From: a virus
Lineage: Duplodnaviria > Caudoviricetes
DNA length: 42,505 nucleotides
Strand: one strand, 5' to 3'
Virus record (IMG/VR): IMGVR_UViG_3300044676_005109
Span: 1 to 42,505 of that record
Shown: positions 1-9,716 of the stretch, in pieces
How the letters are laid out: every line of letters starts with the position of its first letter
Position numbering within the stretch: position 1 is the stretch's first letter
Notes under the pieces: generated by a model
Told to the model about the DNA's origin: nothing
The model's database searches: none
The model's input: the letters and a program-made list of their open reading frames with translations, nothing else
Made by a program: the position numbers and the translations under genes

Positions 1-5
1 TGATA

Positions 6-197
6 ATGACTATAGGTGGCGTCGAGGTAGCTAACGATGACTGTCGTGAGGCTATGTGCTTCCGTAGTATCGACACCTGTAACGAGTTTGCCGCAAAACT
101 AAGACGAAGAGGTTCACCCAGTACCTCTATAGGGATCACAGCGTACTGCAAGCCAATACTGGTAGACCCGACTCAAGACGGGGTGAAAATCTACTAA
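6..197 (+). CDS. hypothetical protein, probably 5'-truncated by the window edge
   Basis: Frame is open back to the window start; the stop overlaps the next ATG (TAATG at 195-199). Confidence 0.6.
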   Translation: MTIGGVEVANDDCREAMCFRSIDTCNEFAAKLRRRGSPSTSIGITAYCKPILVDPTQDGVKIY

Positions 198-667
198 TGG
201 CCGCAGAGATCGTAGCAGCAGTACAGATATGCGCCTCTGCCTACCGCTTTATGAAGACGGCGGTGACTGAGGGTCGGGAGCTGGGTGATATGACCAGAGC
301 TTTGAGTAAGTTCTGGGATGCCCGTGAAGAAGTCAGTGTACTAGAGCAGAAAGCCACTAACCCCAGCAAGATAGAAAAGCTGTTTGGTGGCAAGTCTGTT
401 GAGAGTCAAGCATTAGAGATAACGCTACAGAAAAAGAAAGCAGAGCAGCTAGAGAAAGAACTGAAAGACCTGTTTTATTGGACGGGCAACGCCAATCTCT
501 GGCACGACATGATTAAGGAACGGGCTAGGATACGAAATATGCGTATTGCCGAGGCCAAACAGAAAGCGCAATCAAGAGCGGCAATGATCGACATAGCTGC
601 AATATTAGGGACATTTACAGTCATCTTTGTGGTGGCTATGGCAATTACTAGCGTGGCGGTAGAGTAA
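197..667 (+). CDS. hypothetical membrane protein (coiled coil plus C-terminal transmembrane helix)
   Basis: 156 aa, translationally coupled on both sides; hydrophobic C-terminus IAAILGTFTVIFVVAMAI. Confidence 0.75.
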   Translation: MAAEIVAAVQICASAYRFMKTAVTEGRELGDMTRALSKFWDAREEVSVLEQKATNPSKIEKLFGGKSVESQALEITLQKKKAEQLEKELKDLFYWTGNANLWHDMIKERARIRNMRIAEAKQKAQSRAAMIDIAAILGTFTVIFVVAMAITSVAVE

Positions 668-888
668 TGGAATATCAGTTGTTGTTTAACATAATTATAG
701 CGGTGGCCGGATTCCTTGGTGGGGTGCTGGTCAATCGTCTGTTTGGCACGTTAGATAAGATAAACGACGATCTTAAACAGATACCTGAGAAATATGTTGC
801 CAAGGATGATTTCCGCGAAGACATGCGCGAGATTAAAGAAATGCTTGGTGCAATCTTCAAGAGACTAGAGAACAAGGCCGACAAATGA
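667..888 (+). CDS. small membrane protein (N-terminal TM plus coiled coil; holin/haemolysin-like)
   Basis: LLFNIIIAVAGFLGGVLV followed by YVAKDDFREDM..IK, a pattern common in phage lysis-region proteins; coupled start and stop. Confidence 0.7.
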   Translation: MEYQLLFNIIIAVAGFLGGVLVNRLFGTLDKINDDLKQIPEKYVAKDDFREDMREIKEMLGAIFKRLENKADK

Positions 889-1658
889 AACTTGATCCCG
901 TACTGCTCAATATGGCCTGTAGCTGGGCTATGAAGGCTTACAATGACAAGAACAAAGACGCTATCAAAATCGAAAGTAAGTGGACATCTACTACAGTATA
1001 TATAGCGAAACGTAAGTCTATCGATGTCATAGCCTTCAGGGGTACACAGCAGGGCAGGGATTGGTTAACAGATGCTTTGGTAGTACCCGTGCCATACGCG
1101 GGTAGACTGTGCCACGGTGGGTTTGCTATGGCCCACAAGTCAGTCTGGAAAGAAGTTAAGAAACACATTGACCCCAAGAAACGCACCTTGATCTGCGGCC
1201 ATAGCCTTGGTGGTGCGCTGGCAGAACTCTCTGCCTCTATGTTGAACGGTAAGCACGACAACATAAACTTGATTACCTTCGGTAAGCCGAACGTGTTTTT
1301 CAAGGGCTTCAAGAAGCCAATGACTCTTGATAATCAAATCTCCTGTGTGCAGGGCAGCGATATGGTGGCTAGAATCCCACGCTTTTGCTACGGCCCCTCA
1401 AGCTCACAGACTATGCTGTACTTCAGCAATACCGGCCCTGACTACATAAACCCCAGCAAAGACACCAGAGTTGCTGACAGGGGTGACCTGAGAGACCGGA
1501 TAGCTGACCACATGATGGACGGCTACAAGGAAAGGCTGAAAGAGTTTCTGGATGAGCAAGAAGCACAAGCCAATAAAGTAGTGCAAATGAGTAGGGACAA
1601 AAAACTAGCTCGCAAAGAACTGGAGGATATGGCGAATGAAATGTTTATTAAAGATTAG
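885..1658 (+). CDS. class 3 lipase (alpha/beta hydrolase)
   Basis: IAFRGT, CHGGF, nucleophile elbow GHSLGG, TFGKP, D-MV-RIP and distal DH. Confidence 0.9.
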   Translation: MKLDPVLLNMACSWAMKAYNDKNKDAIKIESKWTSTTVYIAKRKSIDVIAFRGTQQGRDWLTDALVVPVPYAGRLCHGGFAMAHKSVWKEVKKHIDPKKRTLICGHSLGGALAELSASMLNGKHDNINLITFGKPNVFFKGFKKPMTLDNQISCVQGSDMVARIPRFCYGPSSSQTMLYFSNTGPDYINPSKDTRVADRGDLRDRIADHMMDGYKERLKEFLDEQEAQANKVVQMSRDKKLARKELEDMANEMFIKD

Positions 1659-1875
1659 CTTTTTAGCTGTTTTCACGTTGTCTAGCTGCACATCTGTACA
1701 GGGTGTGATCGACAACAAAGAAATCTACTGCTCGCAGTTCTACAAAGGCATTCGGGCTGTAGGTCGCTCTGCTCTGTCTGCTACAGCAGGTGTAGTGGTG
1801 CCTGATGTCTGTGACACGATTGATGAGATCGTTGCGGAGGAAAACGCCGACGGCGTAGACAAAAGCGATAGCTGA
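1636..1875 (+). CDS. putative lipoprotein
   Basis: Hydrophobic signal ending in lipobox LSSC; GGAGG upstream; two further Cys. Confidence 0.7.
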   Translation: MKCLLKISFLAVFTLSSCTSVQGVIDNKEIYCSQFYKGIRAVGRSALSATAGVVVPDVCDTIDEIVAEENADGVDKSDS

Positions 1876-1914
1876 TCTTAGGTTAATCCTGCAACTTTGG
1901 TTGGTGTTTCAGTG

Positions 1915-2379
1915 ATGTATGAATATACCTGTATTATTCGCAAGATAGTTGACGGTGATACGATATATGTTGATGTCGATTTGGGGTTTGGCGTTGTTCT
2001 TCGTGGTTCAAATGGCCGTGGTATTAATGTTCGCTTGTTTGGAGTTGACACACCTGAGTCGAGAACCAGAAATCTGGCAGAGAAAGCGCACGGATTGTTA
2101 GCCAAGAAATATGTTCAAGACAATCTTGCGGTTGGCGAAAAATATATTTTGAGGACAAAAGAGAAAGGCAAGTTTGGCCGGTACTTGGGTGAAATCAAGG
2201 TGGGCAGATCAACAATAAACAAGATGCTGATCAAGCAAAAACTTGCCGTTCCATATACAGGTCAGAACAAAAAAGAAATAGCCGCTGCTCACGAGTCTAA
2301 CAGACAAGCTCTTATCAAAGAGGGAATGCTAACTGATTCTGGCATCCCTCCCGTAAGCGAGTATGAAGATCGGTTATGA
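1915..2379 (+). CDS. thermonuclease (SNase-like) family nuclease
   Basis: Motifs IVDGDT, RLFGVDTPE and GKFGRYLG; ATG at 1915 preferred over TTG at 1897. Confidence 0.9.
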   Translation: MYEYTCIIRKIVDGDTIYVDVDLGFGVVLRGSNGRGINVRLFGVDTPESRTRNLAEKAHGLLAKKYVQDNLAVGEKYILRTKEKGKFGRYLGEIKVGRSTINKMLIKQKLAVPYTGQNKKEIAAAHESNRQALIKEGMLTDSGIPPVSEYEDRL

Positions 2380-2846
2380 AACTAGGCGGACTACTCAAAT
2401 CCCTTGCTCCTACTATAGCTAGTGCAGCGGGTGGCCCTATGGCCGGTATGGCAGTCAAGATGGCTGCTGAGAAACTTGGCGTCCCAGACGCTACAGCAAA
2501 CGAGATTGAAGACCTTATCGAACGACAGCCAGAGAAAGCGGTACTTCTCAAAGAAGCTGACAAGGACTTTGCTCACCGACTGAAAGAAATGGAAATCAAC
2601 CTAGAGTCATTTAAGGCCGAGGTTGATGACAGGAAAGATGCCAGAGCCAAGTTCTCTGGAGACATTACACCAAAGGTATTCTGCATACTGGCGCTAATTT
2701 TGTACGGTGCTTATGTAATGACTGTAACCATACTGCCACACGACCAGAACGATGAGACTATTATCTCTCTGGTACTAGGTCAGTTGTCTGGAATACTGGG
2801 TACTTGTGCTGCATTTTTCTATGGCGGATCTAATGGTAAGAAATAA
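2376..2846 (+). CDS. putative holin
   Basis: N-terminal LAPTIASAAGGP..G, DR.DAR motif, two C-terminal TM helices ending FFYGGS; lies directly before the lysozyme. Confidence 0.7.
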   Translation: MKLGGLLKSLAPTIASAAGGPMAGMAVKMAAEKLGVPDATANEIEDLIERQPEKAVLLKEADKDFAHRLKEMEINLESFKAEVDDRKDARAKFSGDITPKVFCILALILYGAYVMTVTILPHDQNDETIISLVLGQLSGILGTCAAFFYGGSNGKK

Positions 2847-2847
2847 C

Positions 2848-3288
2848 ATGAAGCAGTTAATTGAAATGTTAAAGCGTCATGAGGGCGAAGTTAAAACCAA
2901 TGGCCGTCATGTTGCCTATAAATGCTCTGAAGGATACTGGACTCTCGGTGTAGGGCGTAACATAGATCCAGAGAATGGGATCGGTTTGTCTGATGACGAA
3001 GTTGATTATCTTTTGGAGAATGACTTAGAGCGTTGCATAAAGGAAATCTCTAGTGAGTACCCTTGGTTCAATGATCTAGATGATGTAAGAAGGGACGCGA
3101 TAATTAATATCTTTTTTAATCTTGGCGCTACAAGATTCAGAGGTTTCAAGAAGGCAATAGCCGCTATGGAAGAGGGCGACTACAGCAGAGCTTCTACCGA
3201 GTTCTTGGATTCTAGATGGGCCAAGCAGGTAAAGGGTAGATCTCTGGAGGTCACTGATCTTATAAAGAATGGCGAGTATGTTGAATAG
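2848..3288 (+). CDS. endolysin, T4-type/GH24 lysozyme
   Basis: LKRHEG...Y.CSEGYWTLGVGRN, FNLG, and DSRWAKQV..R motifs. Confidence 0.9.
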   Translation: MKQLIEMLKRHEGEVKTNGRHVAYKCSEGYWTLGVGRNIDPENGIGLSDDEVDYLLENDLERCIKEISSEYPWFNDLDDVRRDAIINIFFNLGATRFRGFKKAIAAMEEGDYSRASTEFLDSRWAKQVKGRSLEVTDLIKNGEYVE

Positions 3289-3297
3289 GTTTACGAT

Positions 3298-5148
3298 ATG
3301 CTGGTTAAGTACAAGTTTGCTCCGGGTGTAAATAAAGAAGGTACAGAATATACAGCCGATAGTGGCTGGTACGATTCCGATAAAATAAGATTTAGAAAAG
3401 GCCGCCCGGAACAGATAGGTGGCTGGCAGAAATATTCAACCAATACATTCCTCGGCGTGTGCAGATCTATCCACGATTGGAAGGCTGCTGCCGCGACAGA
3501 CTACCTCGGTCTTGGAACCACTCTAAAGTATTACATCAACAGGGGTGATGAGTATTACGATATCACTCCCATAAGAGAAACCACTGCTGCTGGTGATGTA
3601 ACCTTTGCTGCCGTAAACGGCGATGCAACTTTGACGGTATCTGACACTGGTCACGGCGCACAACAGAATGACTTTGTAACCTTCTCTGGTGCTGTCAGCT
3701 TGGGCGGTAATATAACTGCGGCAGTTTTAAATCAAGAGTATCAAATAGCCACGGTTATTGATGGCAACTCTTATACTGTAGAAGCTAAAGATACTAGTGG
3801 TAACACGGTTTTAGCCAACGCATCGGACACAGGTAACGGTGGAGCCTCTGTGGTTGGGGCATACCAGATCAATGTAGGTCTGGATACCTATGTCCCGGCT
3901 TCTGGTTTTGGTGCTGGCACTTGGGGTTCTTCTGCTTGGGGTGGTTCCACTGTAATCACATCCGGTAATCAGATACGCCTGTATAGCGAAGACACTTTTG
4001 GTGATGATCTGATATTCAACCCAAGGGGTGGAAATATCTACTACTGGGATGAGAGTGCCGGGCTAACTAGCAGAGGCACAACTCTGGCTAGTAACCCTGC
4101 CGCATCCAACTGCCCTACCGTTGCCTTGCAGGTTATGGTGTCAGATACCGACAGGCATACTATTGCTTTTGGGACTAACGCGATTGGTTCGTCAACAATA
4201 GATCCTTTGTTTATTAGATGGTCTGATCAAGAAAATCCTTTTGATTGGACGCCTACAGCTACAAACACTTCTGGCGGTGTTTCTCTGCCTGCTGGCTCTT
4301 ATATCCTTGGAGCCTTAAAGACAAGACAAGAGATACTGATCTTTACAGATAATAGCATTCATTCAATGCGTTACTCTGGCTCTCCCTTTACTTATCAGTT
4401 TGCTTTGGTTAGTGAGGGATTCTCTATGGTCTCTCCTAAAGCCGCGACAAGTGCTGGTGACGTTGTCTACTTTATGGATCGTGGCGGGTTCTATATGTAC
4501 AACGGCGCTATCCAAAGATTGGTATGTACCGTTCTTGATTATGTATTTAGCAACCTTAATCAGGATCAGATATTCAAAGTGTTTGCCACAACTAGTGTGG
4601 ACTTTTCTGAGGTTACTTGGTTCTACCCGGTAGGAACTGGCAACACTGAGTGTACTAATTACGTTACCTACAACTATGTAGAGAACTCTTGGTCTGTTGG
4701 GACTCTTGACCGTGGCGCTTGGATACCGGCGCACACAAGAAACTTTCCGATTGCCTCTTCAAATATTACGGCAACAAACAATAACTATCTGTATACCCAC
4801 GAGAATGGATTTGATGCAGATGGTGAGGCGATGAACGCTTACATAGAGTCTGGCGGCATAGAACTTGTTGAAGGCGAGCAATTCATGTTCCTGACAAGAA
4901 TGATTCCTGACTTTGAGTTTAGAGGAACCACTTCTTCTGCGGCGCTAAATGTTGTGATTAAGGGTAAAGACTTTCCTTTGCAGGATGGTCAGACTCTTTC
5001 CACTTCTTTGGTTACAGAGGATACCAAGCAGTCTTTTATCCGGGCTAGAGCTAGAGAGACTGTGGTAAGGATAGAGAGTACTGGCACTGGATATGGCTGG
5101 ACTCTAGGTGATCTTCGATTCGATATGAGGTCTGACGGAAGAAGATAA
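3298..5148 (+). CDS. tail/head stabilisation (tail nozzle-like) virion protein
   Basis: 616 aa; PGVNKEGT.Y...GW.D.DKIRFR.G.PE.IGGW N-terminus, IRWSDQE, and terminal DGRR are typical of P22 gp10-like proteins; includes a beta-rich insert. Confidence 0.75.
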   Translation: MLVKYKFAPGVNKEGTEYTADSGWYDSDKIRFRKGRPEQIGGWQKYSTNTFLGVCRSIHDWKAAAATDYLGLGTTLKYYINRGDEYYDITPIRETTAAGDVTFAAVNGDATLTVSDTGHGAQQNDFVTFSGAVSLGGNITAAVLNQEYQIATVIDGNSYTVEAKDTSGNTVLANASDTGNGGASVVGAYQINVGLDTYVPASGFGAGTWGSSAWGGSTVITSGNQIRLYSEDTFGDDLIFNPRGGNIYYWDESAGLTSRGTTLASNPAASNCPTVALQVMVSDTDRHTIAFGTNAIGSSTIDPLFIRWSDQENPFDWTPTATNTSGGVSLPAGSYILGALKTRQEILIFTDNSIHSMRYSGSPFTYQFALVSEGFSMVSPKAATSAGDVVYFMDRGGFYMYNGAIQRLVCTVLDYVFSNLNQDQIFKVFATTSVDFSEVTWFYPVGTGNTECTNYVTYNYVENSWSVGTLDRGAWIPAHTRNFPIASSNITATNNNYLYTHENGFDADGEAMNAYIESGGIELVEGEQFMFLTRMIPDFEFRGTTSSAALNVVIKGKDFPLQDGQTLSTSLVTEDTKQSFIRARARETVVRIESTGTGYGWTLGDLRFDMRSDGRR

Positions 5149-5345
5149 TGGCTGAACAAAGATCTGTCGTGCTGCCTATTGCTGGGCAGGAATACGAATA
5201 CAACAACGAGCTTACCCTGAGAAGAACCGTTGAGAGATCCTTCAGAGAGGTTCAGGACACCATTAATGTGGTGGCGGATCAGACTGACAAGGATGCCTCT
5301 CTTTCTCTCAGGAAGTATCAGTTCATGTTTATGGGTGCTAAATGA
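5148..5345 (+). CDS. small hypothetical virion-module protein
   Basis: Coupled to both neighbours; LP....EY motif seen in genes following the stabilisation protein. Confidence 0.65.
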   Translation: MAEQRSVVLPIAGQEYEYNNELTLRRTVERSFREVQDTINVVADQTDKDASLSLRKYQFMFMGAK

Positions 5346-5671
5346 CAGACGTTATAAAAGTTCTGGGTCAGCTTGACGCAGCAGCTACAACCACTGAGGT
5401 TCTGTACACAGTCCCTGACTTGACTGTGACAACAGTCAGTTCTTTCGTTGCCTGCAACAGGAATGCGGGCGCTCAGACGTTCAGACTCAGCATTCATGTC
5501 AACAATGCTGGGGCAGATAACAAACAATTTTTATATTATGATAAGCAAGTAGACGCTAATGACACCTTGACAGCGGTCATAGGTATTACGTTGGGGCAGG
5601 GCGATGTCATGAAAGTATATGCCAGCTCAACCGATTTCAGTTTTAGCGTGTTCGGCGTGGAGACCAGTTGA
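5342..5671 (+). CDS. small beta-rich virion protein
   Basis: LYTVP...T.VSS..ACN and ITLGQGD...V...FS.FGVE pattern; coupled genes. Confidence 0.7.
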   Translation: MTDVIKVLGQLDAAATTTEVLYTVPDLTVTTVSSFVACNRNAGAQTFRLSIHVNNAGADNKQFLYYDKQVDANDTLTAVIGITLGQGDVMKVYASSTDFSFSVFGVETS

Positions 5672-6594
5672 TGAATAGAATGCCCCCGTTGCAAAGAAAT
5701 GCAGACGAGTTAGCTAGGTACGGTAGGTACGGTGACTCGATGCTGGTTCATATGAACCCCGCTGAGGTTCAGGGAATTGCTTCCTTGTCCCCCACTGGCA
5801 AGCTAACCAGAAACCCCGTCACGGGCCAGCCAGAGGCTTTCCTTCCATTCTTGGCTCCCCTTCTTGCTCAGTTTGTTCCCGGTGCGCTTTCTGCTGCTGG
5901 TCTCGGTGGACTTGGTGCTGCCGCTGCCGCAGCCCCTGCTGTAACTTCTGCAATTACGTCCGGTCTGGTTACTGGCTTGGTTGAGGGTGATCTTGAGAAA
6001 GGCATTATGGCTGGTATCACTAGCTTTGGTTTGGGCAAAGCTCTAGGCGCGGCCAGCGATGCGGCTAAACTAGGCAAAGAAACTGCTGAAGTTGCTAAAG
6101 CTGCTGAGGCTGTTGATGTCGCTAAGGAAGCTTTGGGTACTCAGGCTACCCCAACTTTGGGAGACGCATTAATTCCGAGAGATCCAGCGGTTGCCGAACA
6201 ACTTGGTTTTGATGTTCTTTCTCCACAGCAAGTTGACTTTGTAAAGGCTGCTGGTAGGTCAGAAGCCGCGCAGCAGGCTCTTGATACAGGAAGACAGGGA
6301 CTCACAGGCACTCAGAGAATAGGATCTCTCTTTGATCGAGAGGGCGCTCAAGCGGGATTTGAGGCTTTTATGAAGCCTGAGGCTATCCTTCCAACGGCTG
6401 TTGGTGCTGGAAATCTAGCGCAGATGGACGCTATGGAGAGACAGAACGCTATAGGTAGAGAGCAGGAAGCTAAGAGACAAAGGATGCTAGATAGGCAGCG
6501 AGGCATTATGTCTGGAGCCGCCTCTGTGGCACAACCAAGAAATCCATTTGCCGGTGTATTTAAAAAACCCGGACTAAGTGCGTTTAGTAGATAG
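5668..6594 (+). CDS. putative internal virion/ejection protein
   Basis: GRYGDSMLVHMNP.E...T.NP.TG.PEAF N-domain followed by an Ala/Gly-rich hydrophobic stretch. Confidence 0.7.
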   Translation: MMNRMPPLQRNADELARYGRYGDSMLVHMNPAEVQGIASLSPTGKLTRNPVTGQPEAFLPFLAPLLAQFVPGALSAAGLGGLGAAAAAAPAVTSAITSGLVTGLVEGDLEKGIMAGITSFGLGKALGAASDAAKLGKETAEVAKAAEAVDVAKEALGTQATPTLGDALIPRDPAVAEQLGFDVLSPQQVDFVKAAGRSEAAQQALDTGRQGLTGTQRIGSLFDREGAQAGFEAFMKPEAILPTAVGAGNLAQMDAMERQNAIGREQEAKRQRMLDRQRGIMSGAASVAQPRNPFAGVFKKPGLSAFSR

Positions 6595-6603
6595 GAGCTA
6601 GAG

Positions 6604-9288
6604 ATGGAAGATGATACAGAATTCACCTCTGGCAGAGACGAGATATACCCCGGTGCGGCTGGAGATATTCCTATGACTTTTGATGAATACGGTAATGTAA
6701 TACCTGTAGCCGGAGAAGCTGGCGGTGGTAACAGGAATATTCCGGGCGGCGGAGGAACTAATCCTATTACTTATGGCGGCGCTGGGTTTGGTGCTGGACA
6801 AGTTCTGGGCGGTGAGGCAGCTAGAAGACAGCAGGAAATATTAACGGGCAGTCAGTACTCAGCGAATATGCCGCCTCCGGGCTACCGTCCCGGCTTTGGC
6901 CCAGAGTATCTGTACTTCGGAGATCCTCGTTATGAAGATTATGCGGCTCTTCTTCCGGGCGTATATGGTACTGGCTACCAGCCTCCCGGTGTCCCTGCAC
7001 CAGCACCCGGTGCGCCAGCTCCTGTTGTACCAACCCCAACTCCGACACCCACTCCAACACCTGTTGGCGGTGTAGACCCTGTAACCGGGCTTCCCTTATA
7101 TACTGGAGGTGATCTAAGTTTTTCTCAGGCCGATATAGATCGAGCGATGGAGCTTATTATATCGGGCCAGTACGACATCAATTCTCTGGCATCTCAGCTC
7201 GGTGTGCCACAGGAGACCGCTTACAACATTTACAATCAGTATCTGTCTGACACCTATGGTGTGGGCGCATTCGATCCTAACAGACAATATGAAGATCAGG
7301 CTTTACAAGATCTAGCGCAGCAGTACTACGGTGTTGCTAATCAGTATGGCTATAGCCCAGAGCAATTGTCTCGTATCTTCGGTACTCCGCTTGATCAAAC
7401 AAGATCTTACCTATCCCAGCAATACCTTGGTGGCATCCCGGTAGATCAAGACTATACCGCTGATGAGGCGCAGCAGGTCTATGATCTGTACAAGTCTGGA
7501 CGTATGGGTGTTACCGGAATAGCTAACTACTTTGGCATTCCAGAAAGTGAAGCTCTTAATATCCTCAATAGTATTGAAGGAAGCGGAGGTCAGGCTTCTT
7601 CAGTTATTGGCTCTCAGCAGGACATAGATCGCAATTCTCTTATTTCTGAGATGAGGTCTCTCTTCCCTAACATTGAGATGGGCAATCTTACTCCAGAGCA
7701 AAAGCTTACTGTTCGGGAATTGATCAATAAAGGGCTTTACGGAAGTCTTTCTATGGAAGATGCCAGATCTATTTTTGGCGATCTATCCGATGAGTTTACT
7801 GAGGACGATGCAGCTCTCATTGAAAATAAGGTAAAAGGATCTCTTCCGTTATCTGATATTCAGGCTGATGGGGATTACTCTCAGTCTGAGATTGATCAGG
7901 TTTACAGTCTGTACACCTCTGGTAAAGTTTCTGCCCAAGATATCTCCGACTATTTCAACATTCCTGTTAGCGAAGTTAATACTGCTTTGTCTGACATTGC
8001 TCAGAGCAGACGGCAAGTTGCTGCTGGTGGGGTGGGTTCTACTACTGTACCTGCTGAGGATGTGAGAAACACTGCAAGATCTAGCGGGGCCGTTATCTCA
8101 CAAGATGATACTGAGGGGCAGGGCGTCAACCCTATCACCACAGCTATGGATCTTTATTCTTCTGGCGTTGAGATTCCTGCTGATCAGATTAGAGAGACCC
8201 TTGAGTATGCACAAGCAAGGGGCATTTCCTACGCACAGCTAGACCAGATGTTTGGCGCTCCTGCTGGTAGCGCACAGGACGCAGCCGCTGCTCTTGGTAT
8301 GGCTGCTAGTGCTGGCGGTATTGTAGGTATGGCTAAGGGTGGCAAGTTCCCAGACCTCAGCGGTGACGGAGAAGTTACTCAGGAAGACATCCTGATTGGC
8401 CGAGGTGTAATTGAAAAGGCTGACGGTGGATTGCTTGATAAGCTTTCTAAGCTTGATCGAGATCTCAAGGAAGACCGAGAGCAACGACAAGCCGAGAGAA
8501 GGGAAAGGGGCCGCAAGGTCTCCGACTATATCCCTTACCCCAGCTTTCTTGGCGGCGATGTCTACGGCGCACTTGAAAACATAATGTATGACGCCGGTGC
8601 TGGTATAGCTGGTCTGTTTGAGAAGGAAGAAGAACCCAAGCCACAGGGCGGTGCTTTGCTGACCGAGACCGAAAGCTATTTGGAAGCCCAAAGGATATTG
8701 GGAGACGCAGATTCAAGCGACAGAGACAAGGCGTTTGCCAGAGGCACGTTAGAGACTCTCAAGCCTGAGCAGCAGGGCGGCAATATGGATATGAACTCCT
8801 ATTCCGAAATGATGCAGCAGGTGGACAAGATCCTTGGCGCGACTAGGAATATGCAGGAAGGCGGCTACATAGATCGAGACCAGCTAGACAGTCTTATCTC
8901 AATGACCCGTGATGCAATCCTTGGTGATGCCGAGAATGCTGATCAGATCATACAAGCTTTTATCTCTGTGTTTGGTCAGGAAGCTTTTGAGCAGCTTAGA
9001 GATCAAGTACTCCAGTCACAAGTTCCTGATGCACAAACAGAGGGCATAATTGAGGGTTCTGGTGGCGGTATGGATGATGAGGTTATGGGTATGATCGGCA
9101 ACCAGCAAGGTGTGGCCGTGTCTCCCGGTGAGTACATCATCCCCGCTGACGTGGTCTCCTCTCTTGGCGATGGCAGCAGTGATGCTGGCGCTGACAAATT
9201 AGACAGAATGCTTGACGATGTCAGGATGGCTAAGACCGGGCGTACTATTCAGCCCGGTAAGATCGATGACGGGGTTATGCCTGCATGA
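6604..9288 (+). CDS. putative internal virion protein with HTH-like repeats
   Basis: 894 aa, AGGAG RBS; Pro/Thr linker, about five helical repeats, xxGG motifs and C-terminal SPGEYIIPADVVS domain. Confidence 0.7.
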   Translation: MEDDTEFTSGRDEIYPGAAGDIPMTFDEYGNVIPVAGEAGGGNRNIPGGGGTNPITYGGAGFGAGQVLGGEAARRQQEILTGSQYSANMPPPGYRPGFGPEYLYFGDPRYEDYAALLPGVYGTGYQPPGVPAPAPGAPAPVVPTPTPTPTPTPVGGVDPVTGLPLYTGGDLSFSQADIDRAMELIISGQYDINSLASQLGVPQETAYNIYNQYLSDTYGVGAFDPNRQYEDQALQDLAQQYYGVANQYGYSPEQLSRIFGTPLDQTRSYLSQQYLGGIPVDQDYTADEAQQVYDLYKSGRMGVTGIANYFGIPESEALNILNSIEGSGGQASSVIGSQQDIDRNSLISEMRSLFPNIEMGNLTPEQKLTVRELINKGLYGSLSMEDARSIFGDLSDEFTEDDAALIENKVKGSLPLSDIQADGDYSQSEIDQVYSLYTSGKVSAQDISDYFNIPVSEVNTALSDIAQSRRQVAAGGVGSTTVPAEDVRNTARSSGAVISQDDTEGQGVNPITTAMDLYSSGVEIPADQIRETLEYAQARGISYAQLDQMFGAPAGSAQDAAAALGMAASAGGIVGMAKGGKFPDLSGDGEVTQEDILIGRGVIEKADGGLLDKLSKLDRDLKEDREQRQAERRERGRKVSDYIPYPSFLGGDVYGALENIMYDAGAGIAGLFEKEEEPKPQGGALLTETESYLEAQRILGDADSSDRDKAFARGTLETLKPEQQGGNMDMNSYSEMMQQVDKILGATRNMQEGGYIDRDQLDSLISMTRDAILGDAENADQIIQAFISVFGQEAFEQLRDQVLQSQVPDAQTEGIIEGSGGGMDDEVMGMIGNQQGVAVSPGEYIIPADVVSSLGDGSSDAGADKLDRMLDDVRMAKTGRTIQPGKIDDGVMPA

Positions 9289-9716
9289 GCCTACTGGTTA
9301 AACAGATCCTACCGCAGGACATAAGTTCTGTTTGGGATACTGTTGAGCCATTTATAGAGGACGCATTAAAGAAGGGTACGGAGAGCGAAGACTACTCTCT
9401 AGACTACAACTCTTCTCACATCCAGCTCTACTTATCTAAGGGAGAATGGATGCTTTTAGTAGCAATGGATTCCGATGGTCTGATTCGAGGCTGTGCCACT
9501 GTTGCTTTCATTAACTACCCTATGCACAGGGTAGCTTTTATTACTGCTATTGGCGGCAAATTGATATCAAATAAAGAGACATTTGATCAAATGAAAACTA
9601 TCCTTAACAAGTTCGGAGCGACAAAGTTACAGGGCTATGCCCGTAAGTCTGTCGTTAGGCTCTGGGAGCGTTTTGATTTCAAGCCGGTTAATACTCTGAT
9701 CGAGGTGAGAATATAA
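9285..9716 (+). CDS. GNAT-like acyltransferase
   Basis: Size, W.LLV...G.I.GC.T / AFITAIGG / G.AR.SV.RLW.RF.F pattern, and position before an ejection gene. Confidence 0.6.
   Translation: MSLLVKQILPQDISSVWDTVEPFIEDALKKGTESEDYSLDYNSSHIQLYLSKGEWMLLVAMDSDGLIRGCATVAFINYPMHRVAFITAIGGKLISNKETFDQMKTILNKFGATKLQGYARKSVVRLWERFDFKPVNTLIEVRI

Noticed and set aside
1879-1890. TAGGTTAATCCT identical to the last repeat at 35258
   Set aside because: A single 12-bp match to a variant copy; it cannot be distinguished from chance without more instances.
6980-7065. Pro/Thr repeat as a DNA tandem repeat
   Set aside because: Codons vary, so this is an ordinary protein linker.
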